DNA of 64,000 nt, taken from contig CM102284.1 in assembly GCA_046563655.1 (NCBI GenBank), positions 7,688,001 through 7,752,000 on the forward strand. The letters are read 5' to 3'. Positions 47,806 through 59,800 of this stretch are shown here, one piece after another (position 1 is the first letter of the stretch; each line of letters opens with the position of its first letter). Origin of the DNA: Yuukianura sp. NJ FZ-2021 (lineage: Eukaryota). Below the pieces are notes generated by a model. The model ran no database searches. It saw only the letters and a list, made by a program, of their open reading frames with translations, and was not told the DNA's origin. The position numbers were made by a program, and so were the translations under genes.

Positions 47806-50800
47806 TGAGGGGTTACAGCCTCTGCAACCCAACCCTAAGTCAACCAGATGTTCGTCTCCGTCTCCACTCGTCACAACTTCAAGTCAGTCGTCTCCCTCCC
47901 CTCTTCCAGTCAACATCTCATCTCCGTCATCTCTCATTTCAAATTTCAATTAACTTAACCTTAACTTTAACTAAACCTAAAATAAAAGGAGTATCAACTC
48001 TATTTCCCTAGCATCACATCAGTTGTTCGTGGCATCTTGTTTCTTGGGCTTACCCATTAGCCCGTCAAGTGGTGGACGAGGTCGCATTCGAACAAAGGGA
48101 CGGGAAGCAACTGCCAACGACCTCACCGCTGACCTACATTGCCGGATTCAAGCAGTAACCGTCGCCGTTCAGCGAATATCGGTAAAACAAACATCTGATT
48201 TTTGAAATGTAGGCATTGTAGCCAGAAATTCGCCTCGTACGATTGCTGCCCCCCCCCCCCCTCTATCCGTTTTATCCCGTTTTGCAGGTCAGAGGTCACG
48301 CCGGTGGCGTGGAGCTCAGTTGGTAAAGCATTTGAGCGCATTTTTGTGTTAAGCGAGTTAGTTTTGGTGTATTATGGTGGTTTATTGAGTCCCTACGATC
48401 ATAATTTCATTTGTCCTTGCCCCACCATCCCGTTTTCCCCATTTTTAGGCGGTTTTGTGGCCAGTTTGACCTCAAATCATCGATTTTTAGCCACAAAAGA
48501 GGGAAAATTCAAGATGGTGGCTCGGACGCGTGGAAGGAAGGACGCCGTCATGGACGCTCAGAGGTGGTGAGGAGGTTGAAGGAGTCTACCCCCTCCTTCG
48601 GAATACACGCTAGCTGCGGATCTCCCCTCTTCTTTCCCTCTTTTCCCCTTTTGTCAGCAGCGTCTCCCCAACCATCACGAAACACCACTAATATTGCAAT
48701 TGCAATTGCAAAATTGCAAAACGCGGTTGCACTACAGCAACGCATGTTCCCTTGGACTCCACACTTCTATCCTTCAATTCCTTTTTTGCAATTCTTCTTT
48801 TTAGACGACGAAACTACAAAAACCTAATTAAATACAAAATTTAGGAAATCTGATTTCACAATTATTGGTTCTTTTGTTAAAATCTTTTCTTTTGAGTTTC
48901 AGTTAATTCCATTTGATTTCCTGAGATGAGTCAGCTGCCTATCTACGCAAATTCACCCAAGATGACCTCAAATAACCTACGAACCCCTGATGGAAGACCC
49001 ATTTGCAATTTTTGCAGATTTCCTGGCCATATTTAGAGAACCTGCCCCCGCTACAGGAACCGCCACCGATCTACGCAAGGAATCACGCCAGTACAATTGA
49101 TGTCTCTCCAACTCGACTCGCCTCCTAGTCCAAATCAATGCCAAATTCCAGAATCCAGAAGCCCGCCATGTTCTTCCTGTGGATTAGAAGACTCCCTAGC
49201 CCCGATTCTTTCTGGAATGTTGCAGATGCTGCAGGAAATTCTTCGTCGTTTGCCTGTAGCAGCTCCCGATTTCCCCCAATCCACAGGAACCCTAGCGAAG
49301 TTGACTTGTTCTACCCAAACCGACCACGCTCCATCGCCGCCTCCAGTTGAAACTCCGTCACCTCCGATTACTCCAGAACTTCCAGAGCCTGTGTTCATCC
49401 CTCCTATCCTAAATTCGGTACCTAATCCTAACCCTACCTATGTCAGTTCGAGAGACCCCGAATCCGTTTTTGTCCCCCCTGCTCCAGTCGCCACGCCCGT
49501 TCTCCCAGTTACAGGCATATTTCCTCTTTCTCACACTTTAGGTGATCGACGTAAGATTTTCCGCCTCGGAGACATTCCTGAGGGCTGGATGAGGGAGAAG
49601 GAATGGGAAATTGCCATGGTGTACCACGAACTTAACTTCTACACTCCCATCTTCGGTAGCCTCTTGATCAATGACATACATCCTCCTCTCCAAAAATATT
49701 TCCTTTCCCATGTTGATCACGGACTCCAAGTTCTTGAGAAGTTGAGACTCCTAGATGATTTCCGAGACTCCCTGCCTAGTTTCCTTGATTGGGAAGCGCT
49801 GATGGTTCAGCGTGGATTGCCTTGCCCCGTCCGTTTTAGTGAACCCCTGGATCCTACACCTCGTCATGATGGGATTGTGATAGCCGGACTCTCCTGTGAC
49901 AAGCCCGGTTTGGTAAAGGAACAAGTTCAACTTCCCCGTTTCCGCCTTTTCCATAGCCTTCGCTTCAAAAAAGACGTGACACCAAAGAAGCCCTCATTTT
50001 CACTTGGATCAAACCCATCCAAGTTTGTTCGGCTGGCGAAACAGTACATGGATTTCCATTTTCCCGCCAAAGTTTACCCAGATCGAGGCAGGACATTGTT
50101 GAACTTTTGGACCCCCAACTCCAGATTTACTTCACCCTTGGATGTTAAACCGAAGAAACCGTTTGTCGTCGTCTCCTCCTGCTAAACAGTTTCCGCCGTT
50201 CCCTTCCCAATTTTTCAGATTGGAAAACCCTGATGGTCACGAACCTCCTCCTCGCCCTGGATTTGGTATGTAAATTTCTCCGGTCCTTCCCGATTTGGTG
50301 AGTATTTTCTTTGAAATTGGGGTGAAATATGCCTCTGATTTTGTGGTATTTTTGTGGTTGGTCTAATTGAAGTGAAACATGCTTCTTAATTTATCTTTTG
50401 TCTTTTATTGCGGTGAAATATGCTGTTGGATTTTCTTTGGTATTTAGTGGGGTGAAACATGCCTCTGGATTTTGGTAATTGATTTGATTTTTGTGGGTTT
50501 TTTGGTATTTTTGGCCTTGATTTTTGTGTATTTTGGTATTTGTGCGCTGATTTTTGATTGAATTTTGTGATTTTGCCTATATGGTCCCCCGTTTTTCCCC
50601 CTAATCATTTGATTTCCCAGGTTTTTAGGAGACATAGGCCTGAAGGAGATCGACGTCGCACGCATTCCATGGATTGGTACTTTGATGACGACTTTGGACA
50701 CTTTTACTGGTTCTTAAACACTCTTATTGATTTATGTATACATACTTAATACAATTTTTCCTAACCTTATCTTTCTTCCTCTTTAGAGATGTTGATTCAC

Positions 50801-51380
50801 TAAATTGGTTCCTTTACCCTCCATTTCGAGCCTTAGACGAGCATTTTTCCTAAAATTTTCCCCCTACCCGTTTGACCCACCAATTAGGCATAACAAATTT
50901 GCAAAATTTCAGCCCCTGAATTCGGTTTAATCTTTTCTCATGTTTTCAGAGTCCCTCCCCGCTTTTCCCCATAGTTTTGTTCTATTTTCAGAGATTGGAC
51001 TCCATTCGGCACCAATGTCAATATTTTTCAAAATTGACGTCAGGCCCACGCTACCCGCTTGTACCCCTTGGTTTTTTCGAGCCGGGACGGCTCTGGGCTC
51101 GGCGGCGGGGTCATGAGGGGTTAAAGCCTCTGCAACCCAACCCTAAGTCAACCAGATGTTCGTCTCCGTCTCCACTCGTCACAACTTCAAGTCAGTCGTC
51201 TCCCTCCCCTCTTCCAGTCAACATCTCATCTCCGTCATCTCTCATTTTACATTTCAATTAGTCAATTAACTTAAACTTAACTTTAACTAAACCTAAAATA
51301 AAAGGAGTATCAACTCCATTTCCCTAGCATCACATGAGTTGTTCCTGTCTTGTTTCTTGGGCTTACCCATTAGCCCGTCA
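47806..51380 (+). mobile_element. Non-autonomous (pol-less) LTR retroelement
   Basis: LTRs 47806-48067 and 51114-51380 (TGAGGGGTTA..CCCGTCA). 4-bp TSD GTAG (47802-05, 51381-84). PBS TGGTGGACGAG at 48070. G-rich tract before the 3' LTR. Confidence 0.88.
48926..50185 (+). pseudogene. ORF with an N-terminal CCHC zinc knuckle, Pro-rich linker and unknown C-terminal domain; one in-frame TAG
   Basis: ATG 48926, then RTPDGRPICNFCRFPGHI*RTC (TAG 49034-36), in frame with the 362-aa ORF 49097-50185. Confidence 0.65.
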
Positions 51381-53024
51381 GTAGGGTGAGAAAGTGGAAT
51401 GGAGTAAGGACCTGGAAGTCGTCTGGAGAGTCGGAGAGTGGAGTGAGCGGCCTGGAGTTGAGGTTGGCAGAGGTTCTGGCTAGCAGAGTAACGAACTCTT
51501 CAATGGAAGGGTGGTGACCTTGGGTGACCTTGGCAAGGTTCATCTTCATACTTTTCACGACTGCTTCCCAAATACCGCCGTGATGTGGTCCGTAGGGTGG
51601 AGAAAAGTGAAAGTTGATGCTTTCACCAACGCAGAAGAGGTTGACCTTGTGGAGGTGTTGTGGAGATGAGATGAGACGCTGTAGTTCGGCCATCTCGTTT
51701 TTGGCGCCAAGGAAGTTTCTGCCTCCATCGCAGAAAATGTCACTTGGTGCATTTCGGAGTGAAATGAAGCGTTGGAAGGCGGAGAGAAAGTCTGGAGTGC
51801 TCAGTCCTCCAGAAAATTCCAGATGAATGGCCTTGGTGGCCATACAAACAAAAACACACACATACGATTTGAGAATGCGCGGTTTCCTTCCAGTGGTTGC
51901 AGCGACTTCAAACGGACCTGCGTAGTCCGTTCCCACTTTCACGAAGGGAAAGTCAGTGGTTATACGAGCAGGAGGAAGTTGACCCATGAGTTGCAGACTT
52001 GGTGTTGGATTGGCCTTGAAGCACTGAATACAGCGGCGGAAGACCCATTTGCAGAGGTCATGACCCCGTTGGATCCAGAACTCGGTCCTGACGAGAGAAA
52101 GGAGCAACTTCGGTCCTGCGTGTAGGTGGTGTTGGTGAAAGTCGCGAACAATGGCCAAAACGAAAGCGTTGATTTGTTGTTGTTCCGTGTTGCTTGGGCG
52201 GGCGACGACGGAATTTTGGAAGTAAGATGGGGTGACGCATGTGGAGTGATGTGAGGTGACGTCATTTGGTGGATTTGATTTGGTGGCACTGGTGGAAGGC
52301 GTGGACTGAGTTTCCTTTGGTTTAGGATTGGAGTGACCTTGACTCTGGTGTGAGTCAGGCTTAGAGGACGTGGAGTCCTTGGAGTCGAACTTGTTGCAAT
52401 GTCTGCAGAAAGTTTTGTAAAGACAATCTGCAGTTGAATGTCCATGACGAAGGCACAAGTTGCACAATTTGCATTTGTGCACTAGTGACCATTTGTCATT
52501 GAGCGAAAGACCTTGAAATTCCGGGCAATGGAATAGGCGATGTTCTGCAGAGCACTTCGGACATTTAGTTGTTAGCGGTTGTTTGCCCTGGGTGGCGTTG
52601 ACATGGTGGGTAGCGTTGACATGATGCGTAGAGGATGTGGTGGGTTTGACCTTGGATTGTTTCGTGGGTTCGGAGAGAGCACTGGATCTGCGTTCTAGGA
52701 ATTCCAGGAATTCCGAAAGAACTGGGAGGTTATCGTCTTCTGAAAGCAGCCACTGCTTTCGTGTTTCTGCGTCTAACTTTGTTTGGACCCAGTAAACAAT
52801 GAAGACGTCCCATTGGTCCACGGCCAGTCCCATTTGCTTGAGAGAAATTGAAGTTTGATTGACAAGGTCAATGACTTTCCGTAAGCCGGAAGTGGAATCA
52901 GAGACTGTCTGGAGAGAGAAGAGCTTCTGGAGGTGGGAGAAAGCGATTTCTCGCTTTTTGTTGTATCTTTTTTCCACCAACGCCCAAGCCTCAGTGAAAC
53001 TTAGGTTGGTTGGCGGAAATGATG

Positions 53025-53808
53025 CTCGTCACAACTTCAAGTCAGTCGTCTCCCTCCCCTCTTCCAGTCAACATCTCATCTCCGTCATCTCTCATTTCAA
53101 ATTTCAATTAACTTAACCTTAACTTTAACTAAACCTAAAATAAAAGGAGTATCAACTCCATTTCCCTAGCATCACATCAGTTGTTCGTGGCATCTTGTTT
53201 CTTGGGCTTACCCATTAGCCCGTCAAGTGGTGGACGAGGTCGCATTCGAACAAAGGGACAGGAAGCAACTGCCAACGACCTCACCGCTGACCTACATTGC
53301 CGGATTCAAGCAGTAACCGTCGCCGTTCAGCGAATATCGGTAAAACAAACATCTGATTTTTGAAATGTAGGCATTGTAGCCAGAAATTCGCCTCGTACGA
53401 TTGCTGCCCCCCCCCCCCTCTATCCGTTTTATCCCGTTTTGCAGGTCAGAGGTCACGCCGGTGGCGTGGAGCTCAGTTGGTAAAGCATTTGAGCGCATTT
53501 TTTGTGTTAAGCGAGTTAGTTTTGGTGTATTATGGTGGTTTATTGAGTCCCTACGATCATAATTTCATTTGTCCTTGCCCCACCATCCCGTTTTCCCCAT
53601 TTTTAGGCGGTTTTGTGGCCAGTTTGACCTCAAATCATTGATTTTTAGCCACAAAAGAGGGAAAATTCAAGATGGTGGCTCGGACGCGTGGAAGGAAGGA
53701 CGCCGTCATGGACGCTCAGAGGTGGTGAGGAGGTTGAAGGAGTCTACCCCCTCCTTCGGAATACACGCTAGCTGCGGATCTCCCCTCTTCTTTCCCTCTT
53801 TTCCCCTT
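53025..53808 (+). mobile_element. Second, doubly truncated copy of the pol-less LTR element (partial LTR, PBS, leader)
   Basis: Near-identical to ~47867-48649. Cuts off BEL gag on the left and is cut by the satellite on the right. Confidence 0.88.
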
Positions 53809-56800
53809 CCGGCGCCTTCAAATGCCTCAAACCGGTTTGCTAATTAATGCGTTGAAAATAATTGCATCATAAACGTATTTTCCAGCATAGTCAGCCAGTA
53901 GCTGAAAGTTTAGCAAAAGACAAATGATTGTGAAGTAACATTGCGTTGACTTTCAATTTAAACAATCACAGACTTGCTGCTTCGCCTTCCCGGTTTTTGA
54001 CGTGGTAGTGTCTGCAAGAAGGAATTTGAGTTTGACGCAGCTCAGGTTATGTTGTTAGGATTACGAGAAGTTCTGCTTGTAAAATCTTGTTGCTAACGCC
54101 AAGCAAGCAGTGTGACTTTGTCGTGTCTTGCTAAGCTCAGCTTCCGGCACCTTCAAATGCCTCAAACCGGTTTGCAAATTAATGCGTTGAAAATAATTGC
54201 ATCGTAAACGTATTTTCCAGCATACTCAGCCAGTAGCTGAAAGTTTAGCAAAAGACAAATGATTGTGAAGTAACATTGCGTTGACTTTCAATTTAAACAA
54301 TCACAGACTAGCTGCTTCGCCTTGCCGCTTTTTGACGTGGTAGTGTCTGCAAGAAGGAATTTGAGTTTGACGCAGCTCAGGTTATGTTGTTAGGATTACG
54401 AGAAGTTCTGCTTGTAACATCTAATTGCTAACGCCAAGCAAGCAGTGTGACTTTGTCGTGTCTTGCTAAGCTCAGCTTCCGGCACCTTCAAATGCCTCAA
54501 ACCGGTTTGCTAATTAATGCGTTGAAAATAATTGCATCGTAAACGTATTTTCCAGCATACTCAGCCAGTAGCTGAAAGTTTAGCAAAAGACAAATGATTG
54601 TGAAGTAACATTGCGTTGACTTTCAATTTAAACAATCACAGACTAGCTGCTTCGCCTTGCCGCTTTTTGACGTGGTAGTGTCTGCAAGAAGGAATTTGAG
54701 TTTGACGCAGCTCAGGTTATGTTGTTAGGATTACGAGAAGTTCTGCTTGTAACATCTAATTGCTAACGCCAAGCAAGCAGTGTGACTTTGTCATGTCTTG
54801 CTAAACTCAGCTTCCGGCACCTTCAAATGCCTCAAACCGGTTTGCTAATTAATGCGTTGAAAATAATTGCATCATAAACGTATTTTCCAGCATAGTCAGC
54901 CAGTAGCTGAAAGTTTAGCAAAAGACAAATGATTGTGAAGTAACATTGCGTTGACTTTCAATTTAAACAATCACAGACTTGCTGCTTCGCCTTCCCGGTT
55001 TTTGACGTGGTAGTGTCTGCAAGAAGGAATTTGAGTTTGACGCAGCTCAGGTTATGTTGTTAGGATTACGAGAAGTTCTGCTTGTAAAATCTTGTTGCTA
55101 ACGCCAAGCAAGCAGTGTGACTTTGTCGTGTCTTGCTAAGCTCAGCTTCCGGCGCCTTCAAATGCCTCAAACCGGTTTGCTAATTAATGCGTTGAAAATA
55201 ATTGCATCATAAACGTATTTTCCAGCATAGTCAGCCAGTAGCTGAAAGTTTAGCAAAAGACAAATGATTGTGAAGTAACATTGCGTTGACTTTCAATTTA
55301 AACAATCACAGACTTGCTGCTTCGCCTTCCCGCTTTTTGACGTGGTAGTGTCTGCAAGAAGGAATTTGAGTTTGACGCAGCTCAGGTTATGTTGTTAGGA
55401 TTACGAGAAGTTCTGCTTGTAACATCTAATTGCTAACGCCAAGCAAGCAGTGTGACTTTGTCATGTCTTGCTAAACTCAGCTTCCGGCACCTTCAAATGC
55501 CTCAAACCGGTTTGCTAATTAATGCGTTGAAAATAATTGCATCATAAGCGTATTTTCCAGCATAGTCAGCCAGTAGCTGAAAGTTTAGCAAAAGACAAAT
55601 GATTGTGAAGTAACATTGCGTTGACTTTCAATTTAAACAATCACAGACTTGCTGCTTCGCCTTCCCGGTTTTTGACGTGGTAGTGTCTGCAAGAAGGAAT
55701 TTGAGTTTGACGCAGCTCAGGTTATGTTGTTAGGATTACGAGAAGTTCTGCTTGTAAAATCTTGTTGCTAACGCCAAGCAAGCAGTGTGACTTTGTCGTG
55801 TCTTGCTAAGCTCAGCTTCCGGCGCCTTCAAATGCCTCAAACCGGTTTGCTAATTAATGCGTTGAAAATAATTGCATCATAAACGTATTTTCCAGCATAG
55901 TCAGCCAGTAGCTGAAAGTTTAGCAAAAGACAAATGATTGTGAAGTAACATTGCGTTGACTTTCAATTTAAACAATCACAGACTTGCTGCTTCGCCTTCC
56001 CGGTTTTTGACGTGGTAGTGTCTGCAAGAAGGAATTTGAGTTTGACGCAGCTCAGGTTATGTTGTTAGGATTACGAGAAGTTCTGCTTGTAAAATCTTGT
56101 TGCTAACGCCAAGCAAGCAGTGTGACTTTGTCGTGTCTTGCTAAGCTCAGCTTCCGGCACCTTCAAATGCCTCAAACCGGTTTGCAAATTAATGCGTTGA
56201 AAATAATTGCATCGTAAACGTATTTTCCAGCATACTCAGCCAGTAGCTGAAAGTTTAGCAAAAGACAAATGATTGTGAAGTAACATTGCGTTGACTTTCA
56301 ATTTAAACAATCACAGACTAGCTGCTTCGCCTTGCCGCTTTTTGACGTGGTAGTGTCTGCAAGAAGGAATTTGAGTTTGACGCAGCTCAGGTTATGTTGT
56401 TAGGATTACGAGAAGTTCTGCTTGTAACATCTAATTGCTAACGCCAAGCAAGCAGTGTGACTTTGTCATGTCTTGCTAAACTCAGCTTCCGGCACCTTCA
56501 AATGCCTCAAACCGGTTTGCTAATTAATGCGTTGAAAATAATTGCATCATAAACGTATTTTCCAGCATAGTCAGCCAGTAGCTGAAAGTTTAGCAAAAGA
56601 CAAATGATTGTGAAGTAACATTGCGTTGACTTTCAATTTAAACAATCACAGACTTGCTGCTTCGCCTTCCCGGTTTTTGACGTGGTAGTGTCTGCAAGAA
56701 GGAATTTGAGTTTGACGCAGCTCAGGTTATGTTGTTAGGATTACGAGAAGTTCTGCTTGTAAAATCTTGTTGCTAACGCCAAGCAAGCAGTGTGACTTTG

Positions 56801-59800
56801 TCGTGTCTTGCTAAGCTCAGCTTCCGGCACCTTCAAATGCCTCAAACCGGTTTGCTAATTAATGCGTTGAAAATAATTGCATCGTAAACGTATTTTCCAG
56901 CATACTCAGCCAGTGGCTGAAAGTTTAGCAAAAGACAAATGATTGTGAAGTAACATTGCGTTGACTTTCAATTTAAACAATCACAGACTTGCTGCTTCGC
57001 CTTGCCGCTTTTTGACGTGGTAGTGTCTGCAAGAAGGAATTTGAGTTTGACGCAGCTCAGGTTATGTTGTTAGGATTACGAGAAGTTCTGCTTGTAAAAT
57101 CTTGTTGCTAACGCCAAGCAAGCAGTGTGACTTTGTCATGTCTTGCTAAACTCAGCTTCCGGCACCTTCAAATGCCTCAAACCGGTTTGCTAATTAATGC
57201 GTTGAAAATAATTGCATCATAAACGTATTTTCCAGCATAGTCAGCCAGTAGCTGAAAGTTTAGCAAAAGACAAATGATTGTGAAGTAACATTGCGTTGAC
57301 TTTCAATTTAAACAATCACAGACTTGCTGCTTCGCCTTCCCGGTTTTTGACGTGGTAGTGTCTGCAAGAAGGAATTTGAGTTTGACGCAGCTCAGGTTAT
57401 GTTGTTAGGATTACGAGAAGTTCTGCTTGTAAAATCTTGTTGCTAACGCCAAGCAAGCAGTGTGACTTTGTCGTGTCTTGCTAAGCTCAGCTTCCGGCGC
57501 CTTCAAATGCCTCAAACCGGTTTGCTAATTAATGCGTTGAAAATAATTGCATCGTAAACGTATTTTCCAGCATACTCAGCCAGTAGCTGAAAGTTTAGCA
57601 AAAGACAAATGATTGTGAAGTAACATTGCGTTGACTTTCAATTTAAACAATCACAGGCTTGCTGCTTCGCCTTGCCGCTTTTTGACGTGGTAGTGTCTGC
57701 AAGAAGGAATTTGAGTTTGACGCAGCTCAGGTTATGTTGTTAGGATTACGAGAAGTTCTGCTTGTAAAATCTTGTTGCTAACGCCAAGCAAGCAGTGTGA
57801 CTTTGTCATGTCTTGCTAAACTCAGCTTCCGGCACCTTCAAATGCCTCAAACCGGTTTGCTAATTAATGCGTTGAAAATAATTGCATCATAAACGTATTT
57901 TCCAGCATAGTCAGCCAGTAGCTGAAAGTTTAGCAAAAGACAAATGATTGTGAAGTAACATTGCGTTGACTTTCAATTTAAACAATCACAGACTTGCTGC
58001 TTCGCCTTCCCGGTTTTTGACGTGGTAGTGTCTGCAAGAAGGAATTTGAGTTTGACGCAGCTCAGGTTATGTTGTTAGGATTACGAGAAGTTCTGCTTGT
58101 AAAATCTTGTTGCTAACGCCAAGCAAGCAGTGTGACTTTGTCGTGTCTTGCTAAGCTCAGCTTCCGGCGCCTTCAAATGCCTCAAACCGGTTTGCTAATT
58201 AATGCGTTGAAAATAATTGCATCATAAACGTATTTTCCAGCATAGTCAGCCAGTAGCTGAAAGTTTAGCAAAAGACAAATGATTGTGAAGTAACATTGCG
58301 TTGACTTTCAATTTAAACAATCACAGACTTGCTGCTTCGCCTTCCCGGTTTTTGACGTGGTAGTGTCTGCAAGAAGGAATTTGAGTTTGACGCAGCTCAG
58401 GTTATGTTGTTAGGATTACGAGAAGTTCTGCTTGTAAAATCTTGTTGCTAACGCCAAGCAAGCAGTGTGACTTTGTCGTGTCTTGCTAAGCTCAGCTTCC
58501 GGCACCTTCAAATGCCTCAAACCGGTTTGCAAATTAATGCGTTGAAAATAATTGCATCGTAAACGTATTTTCCAGCATACTCAGCCAGTAGCTGAAAGTT
58601 TAGCAAAAGACAAATGATTGTGAAGTAACATTGCGTTGACTTTCAATTTAAACAATCACAGACTAGCTGCTTCGCCTTGCCGCTTTTTGACGTGGTAGTG
58701 TCTGCAAGAAGGAATTTGAGTTTGACGCAGCTCAGGTTATGTTGTTAGGATTACGAGAAGTTCTGCTTGTAACATCTAATTGCTAACGCCAAGCAAGCAG
58801 TGTGACTTTGTCATGTCTTGCTAAACTCAGCTTCCGGCACCTTCAAATGCCTCAAACCGGTTTGCTAATTAATGCGTTGAAAATAATTGCATCATAAACG
58901 TATTTTCCAGCATAGTCAGCCAGTAGCTGAAAGTTTAGCAAAAGACAAATGATTGTGAAGTAACATTGCGTTGACTTTCAATTTAAACAATCACAGACTT
59001 GCTGCTTCGCCTTCCCGGTTTTTGACGTGGTAGTGTCTGCAAGAAGGAATTTGAGTTTGACGCAGCTCAGGTTATGTTGTTAGGATTACGAGAAGTTCTG
59101 CTTGTAAAATCTTGTTGCTAACGCCAAGCAAGCAGTGTGACTTTGTCGTGTCTTGCTAAGCTCAGCTTCCGGCACCTTCAAATGCCTCAAACCGGTTTGC
59201 TAATTAATGCGTTGAAAATAATTGCATCGTAAACGTATTTTCCAGCATACTCAGCCAGTGGCTGAAAGTTTAGCAAAAGACAAATGATTGTGAAGTAACA
59301 TTGCGTTGACTTTCAATTTAAACAATCACAGACTTGCTGCTTCGCCTTCCCGCTTTTTGACGTGGTAGTGTCTGTAAGAAGGAATTTGAGTTTGACGCAG
59401 CTCAGGTTATGTTGTTAGGATTACGAGAAGTTCTGCTTGTAAAATCTTGTTGCTAACGCCAAGCAAGCAGTGTGACTTTGTCGTGTCTTGCTAAGCTCAG
59501 CTTCCGGCACCTTCAAATGCCTCAAACCGGTTTGCTAATTAATGCGTTGAAAATAATTGCATCATAAACGTATTTTCCAGCATAGTCAGAAAGTAGCTGA
59601 AAGTTTAGCAAAAGACAAATGATTGTGAAGTAACATTGCGTTGACTTTCAATTTAAACAATCACAGACTTGCTGCTTCGCCTTCCCGGTTTTTGACGTGG
59701 TAGTGTCTGCAAGAAGGAATTTGAGTTTGACGCAGCTCAGGTTATGTTGTTAGGATTACGAGAAGTTCTGCTTGTAAAATCTTGTTGCTAACGCCAAGCA

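Larger units (their letters stand above)
46446..53024 (-). mobile_element. BEL/Pao LTR retrotransposon, 5'-truncated and internally deleted, with nested insertions
   Basis: Gag AWALVEKRYN..Cys-His knuckles. Integrase HLHAG..C..C, GTDYAGPF, CMATKAIHLE, DGGRNF, PHHGGIWEAVVKS, LNSRPL. C-terminal RWQHVQQ..WKLDYLHTLQ (47120-47533). PPT next to the LTR start at 46893. LTR end ~46446 is approximate. Confidence 0.88.

Noticed and set aside
48303-48345. tRNA gene
   Set aside because: Only a D-arm/A-box-like stretch. No anticodon arm, B-box or pairing acceptor stem follows.
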